64,000 nt of DNA from contig CAWAWS010000026.1 in the NCBI GenBank assembly GCA_963785725.1, positions 96,001 through 160,000 of the forward strand, written 5' to 3'. This stretch comes from an uncultured delta proteobacterium. GTDB lineage: Bacteria > Myxococcota_A > Polyangia > Palsa-1104. Shown here piece by piece: positions 62,750 to 64,000 of this stretch. The translations under genes and the position numbers were made by a program. Below the pieces are notes generated by a model. That model searched no databases. It saw only the letters and a program-made list of their open reading frames with translations, and was not told the origin of the DNA. Position 1 is the stretch's first letter. Every line of letters begins with the position of its first letter.

Positions 62750-62893
62750 GTGTGCGTCATGGTATCGCGCGCGACGACGGGAGAGCAAGAAAACCGAGCG
62801 ATTACCGCGACGGCCGGTTCCTCGCGCGCAGACCGGCGACGCAGGCGACGGGCCGCCGGCGACGAGCGCCGCACGGCCGTCGCGCCCGTGACG

Positions 62894-63055
62894 CTAGATC
62901 ATGCGCCGGTCGGTGCCCACCCCGCGCACGAAATGCAGGACGATGGCGACGAGCGCCAAGATCAGCAGGACGTGAATCGCCGCCGATGTGACGTGGTAGA
63001 CGCCGAAGCCCAGAATCCAGGCCACTCCAAGGATCACCGCGAGCAACAGCAGCAT
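62894..63055 (-). CDS. Small two-TM membrane protein, lmo0937/DUF5670-like (53 aa; not in the ORF track)
   Basis: MLLLLAVILGVAWILGFGVYHVTSAAIHVLLILALVAIVLHFVRG...; GGAGG SD. Confidence 0.8.
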   Translation of the reverse strand: MLLLLAVILGVAWILGFGVYHVTSAAIHVLLILALVAIVLHFVRGVGTDRRMI

Positions 63056-63082
63056 GGGCAAAGCCTCCTATCGAGGAGTCAA

Positions 63083-63098
63083 TGCACGACGCCGGCCA
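63083..63098 (-). promoter_or_regulatory. sigma54 promoter for the 62894..63055 gene
   Basis: Minus strand TGGCCGGCGTCGTGCA = GG-N10-GC. Confidence 0.55.
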
Positions 63099-63150
63099 AA
63101 CGCATCGCTCGCGCGGCGAAATGGTGGGAAAAACGCGAGAGTGGCGAGGG

Positions 63151-63663
63151 TTACTCGAGGCCGTGCTTACGCTTGATCTGATCCATCGCGCGCTTGTACT
63201 CGAGCTCCCAGGCCTGCGTGCCTTCCTCGAGGTTCTTGATGCGATTGCGCACCTCGGTGTCGAGCTCTTCCTCGACCGCCATGTGCTTGCGCAGGATCTC
63301 GCGGACCTTCTTGCGCAGGACCGTGTCGTCGGCAAACACCTCGTCGACATGCGCGGAGGCCATGAAGCTCTCGAGGATCTGATTGGCCATCCAAGCCGTC
63401 GCTTCGTCGCCGAGCGCGAACTGCCGCTCCTCGGCCAACGCGCGCTTGAGCTTGCCGAACTGCCCATAAGGCAGATTCTGGCGCTCCATCATATCCTTTG
63501 CCTTGTCCGTCAGCTCGCGATCGAGCCGGACGTATTCTTTCAAGATCGCCTCGATGTCGAGCTGCGCCTCGTGCGCCTCGCCGACCTCGATGTCGCCATC
63601 GCTGACGAGAGTGCGGATGGTCTCTTCCGCGATGCTCCCGATCTTTGCCGTATACAGCTTCAC
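63151..63663 (-). CDS. DUF507-like protein
   Basis: Two similar helical halves, EELDTEVRNRIKNL.EG...W..EY. Confidence 0.75.
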   Translation of the reverse strand: MKLYTAKIGSIAEETIRTLVSDGDIEVGEAHEAQLDIEAILKEYVRLDRELTDKAKDMMERQNLPYGQFGKLKRALAEERQFALGDEATAWMANQILESFMASAHVDEVFADDTVLRKKVREILRKHMAVEEELDTEVRNRIKNLEEGTQAWELEYKRAMDQIKRKHGLE

Positions 63664-63726
63664 GTTCGTCTCCTCGACGGCGAACCATAGGCCGCAAGGT
63701 TGGTGACGTCAAGGTAAGATGGGGCT

Positions 63727-64000
63727 GTGAATGAGCTTTTGAGCGGACAAAATCGCACTCGTAAGCTGGTGGTCGCCGCGCTCGTGCGTGACGACGCCGG
63801 TCGCATCCTCTTGACGCAGCGGCGCCACGATCAGCCGATGCCGCTCAAGTGGGAATTTCCCGGCGGCAAGGTCGAGCCGGGCGAGGCGCCGGTGGCGGCG
63901 TTGGCGCGCGAAATCGAGGAGGAGCTCGGTTGCCAAGCCGAGATCGGTCGCATCGACGAGGTGGTCTTCCACGCCTACGCCGACTTCGATCTATATATGC
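63727..64000 (+). CDS. NUDIX hydrolase, MutT/NudG-like (3' truncated by the window)
   Basis: WEFPGGKVEPGEAPVAALAREIEEELG Nudix box. Confidence 0.88.
   Translation, partial: MNELLSGQNRTRKLVVAALVRDDAGRILLTQRRHDQPMPLKWEFPGGKVEPGEAPVAALAREIEEELGCQAEIGRIDEVVFHAYADFDLYM

Noticed and set aside
62805..62884. 11-bp inverted repeat CGCGACGGCCG/CGGCCGTCGCG as a MITE or sRNA
   Set aside because: Very GC-rich so plausibly chance; no target-site duplication or second copy in the window

Overview
High-GC chromosomal window. Gene content (Glt/Nfs-type TPR/beta-barrel cluster, FHA-sigma54 activator, PilZ, DUF507, many TPR/HEAT proteins) points to a Myxococcota genome; this taxonomy is an inference. About 55 CDSs: housekeeping genes (lysC, tsaC/sua5, thiO, rlmE, a stand-alone rplC, holB-ricT-metG-tatD, CCA enzyme), a small EPS-type block, two MMPL transporters, an 8-gene Glt/Nfs-like envelope operon, and a DUF3570/DUF4266 outer-membrane block. 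No tRNA, rRNA, CRISPR array or mobile element was seen. Several essential genes carry frameshifts, most likely assembly indels. The main discovery candidate lies at 48771-49030. There, an NtrC-type activator gene is followed by two tandem palindromic enhancer sites, a canonical sigma54 promoter and a non-coding 22-bp G-U-rich hairpin with a 7-cytosine loop, which together look like an unannotated Pxr-like sigma54 sRNA module. Other points: a nitroreductase-fold/pseudo-receiver histidine kinase, a degenerate ETF/acyl-CoA-ligase trio, apparent widespread leaderless transcription, and a tandem operator before the HEAT-tatD genes. All calls come from reading motifs by eye; no database search was run.
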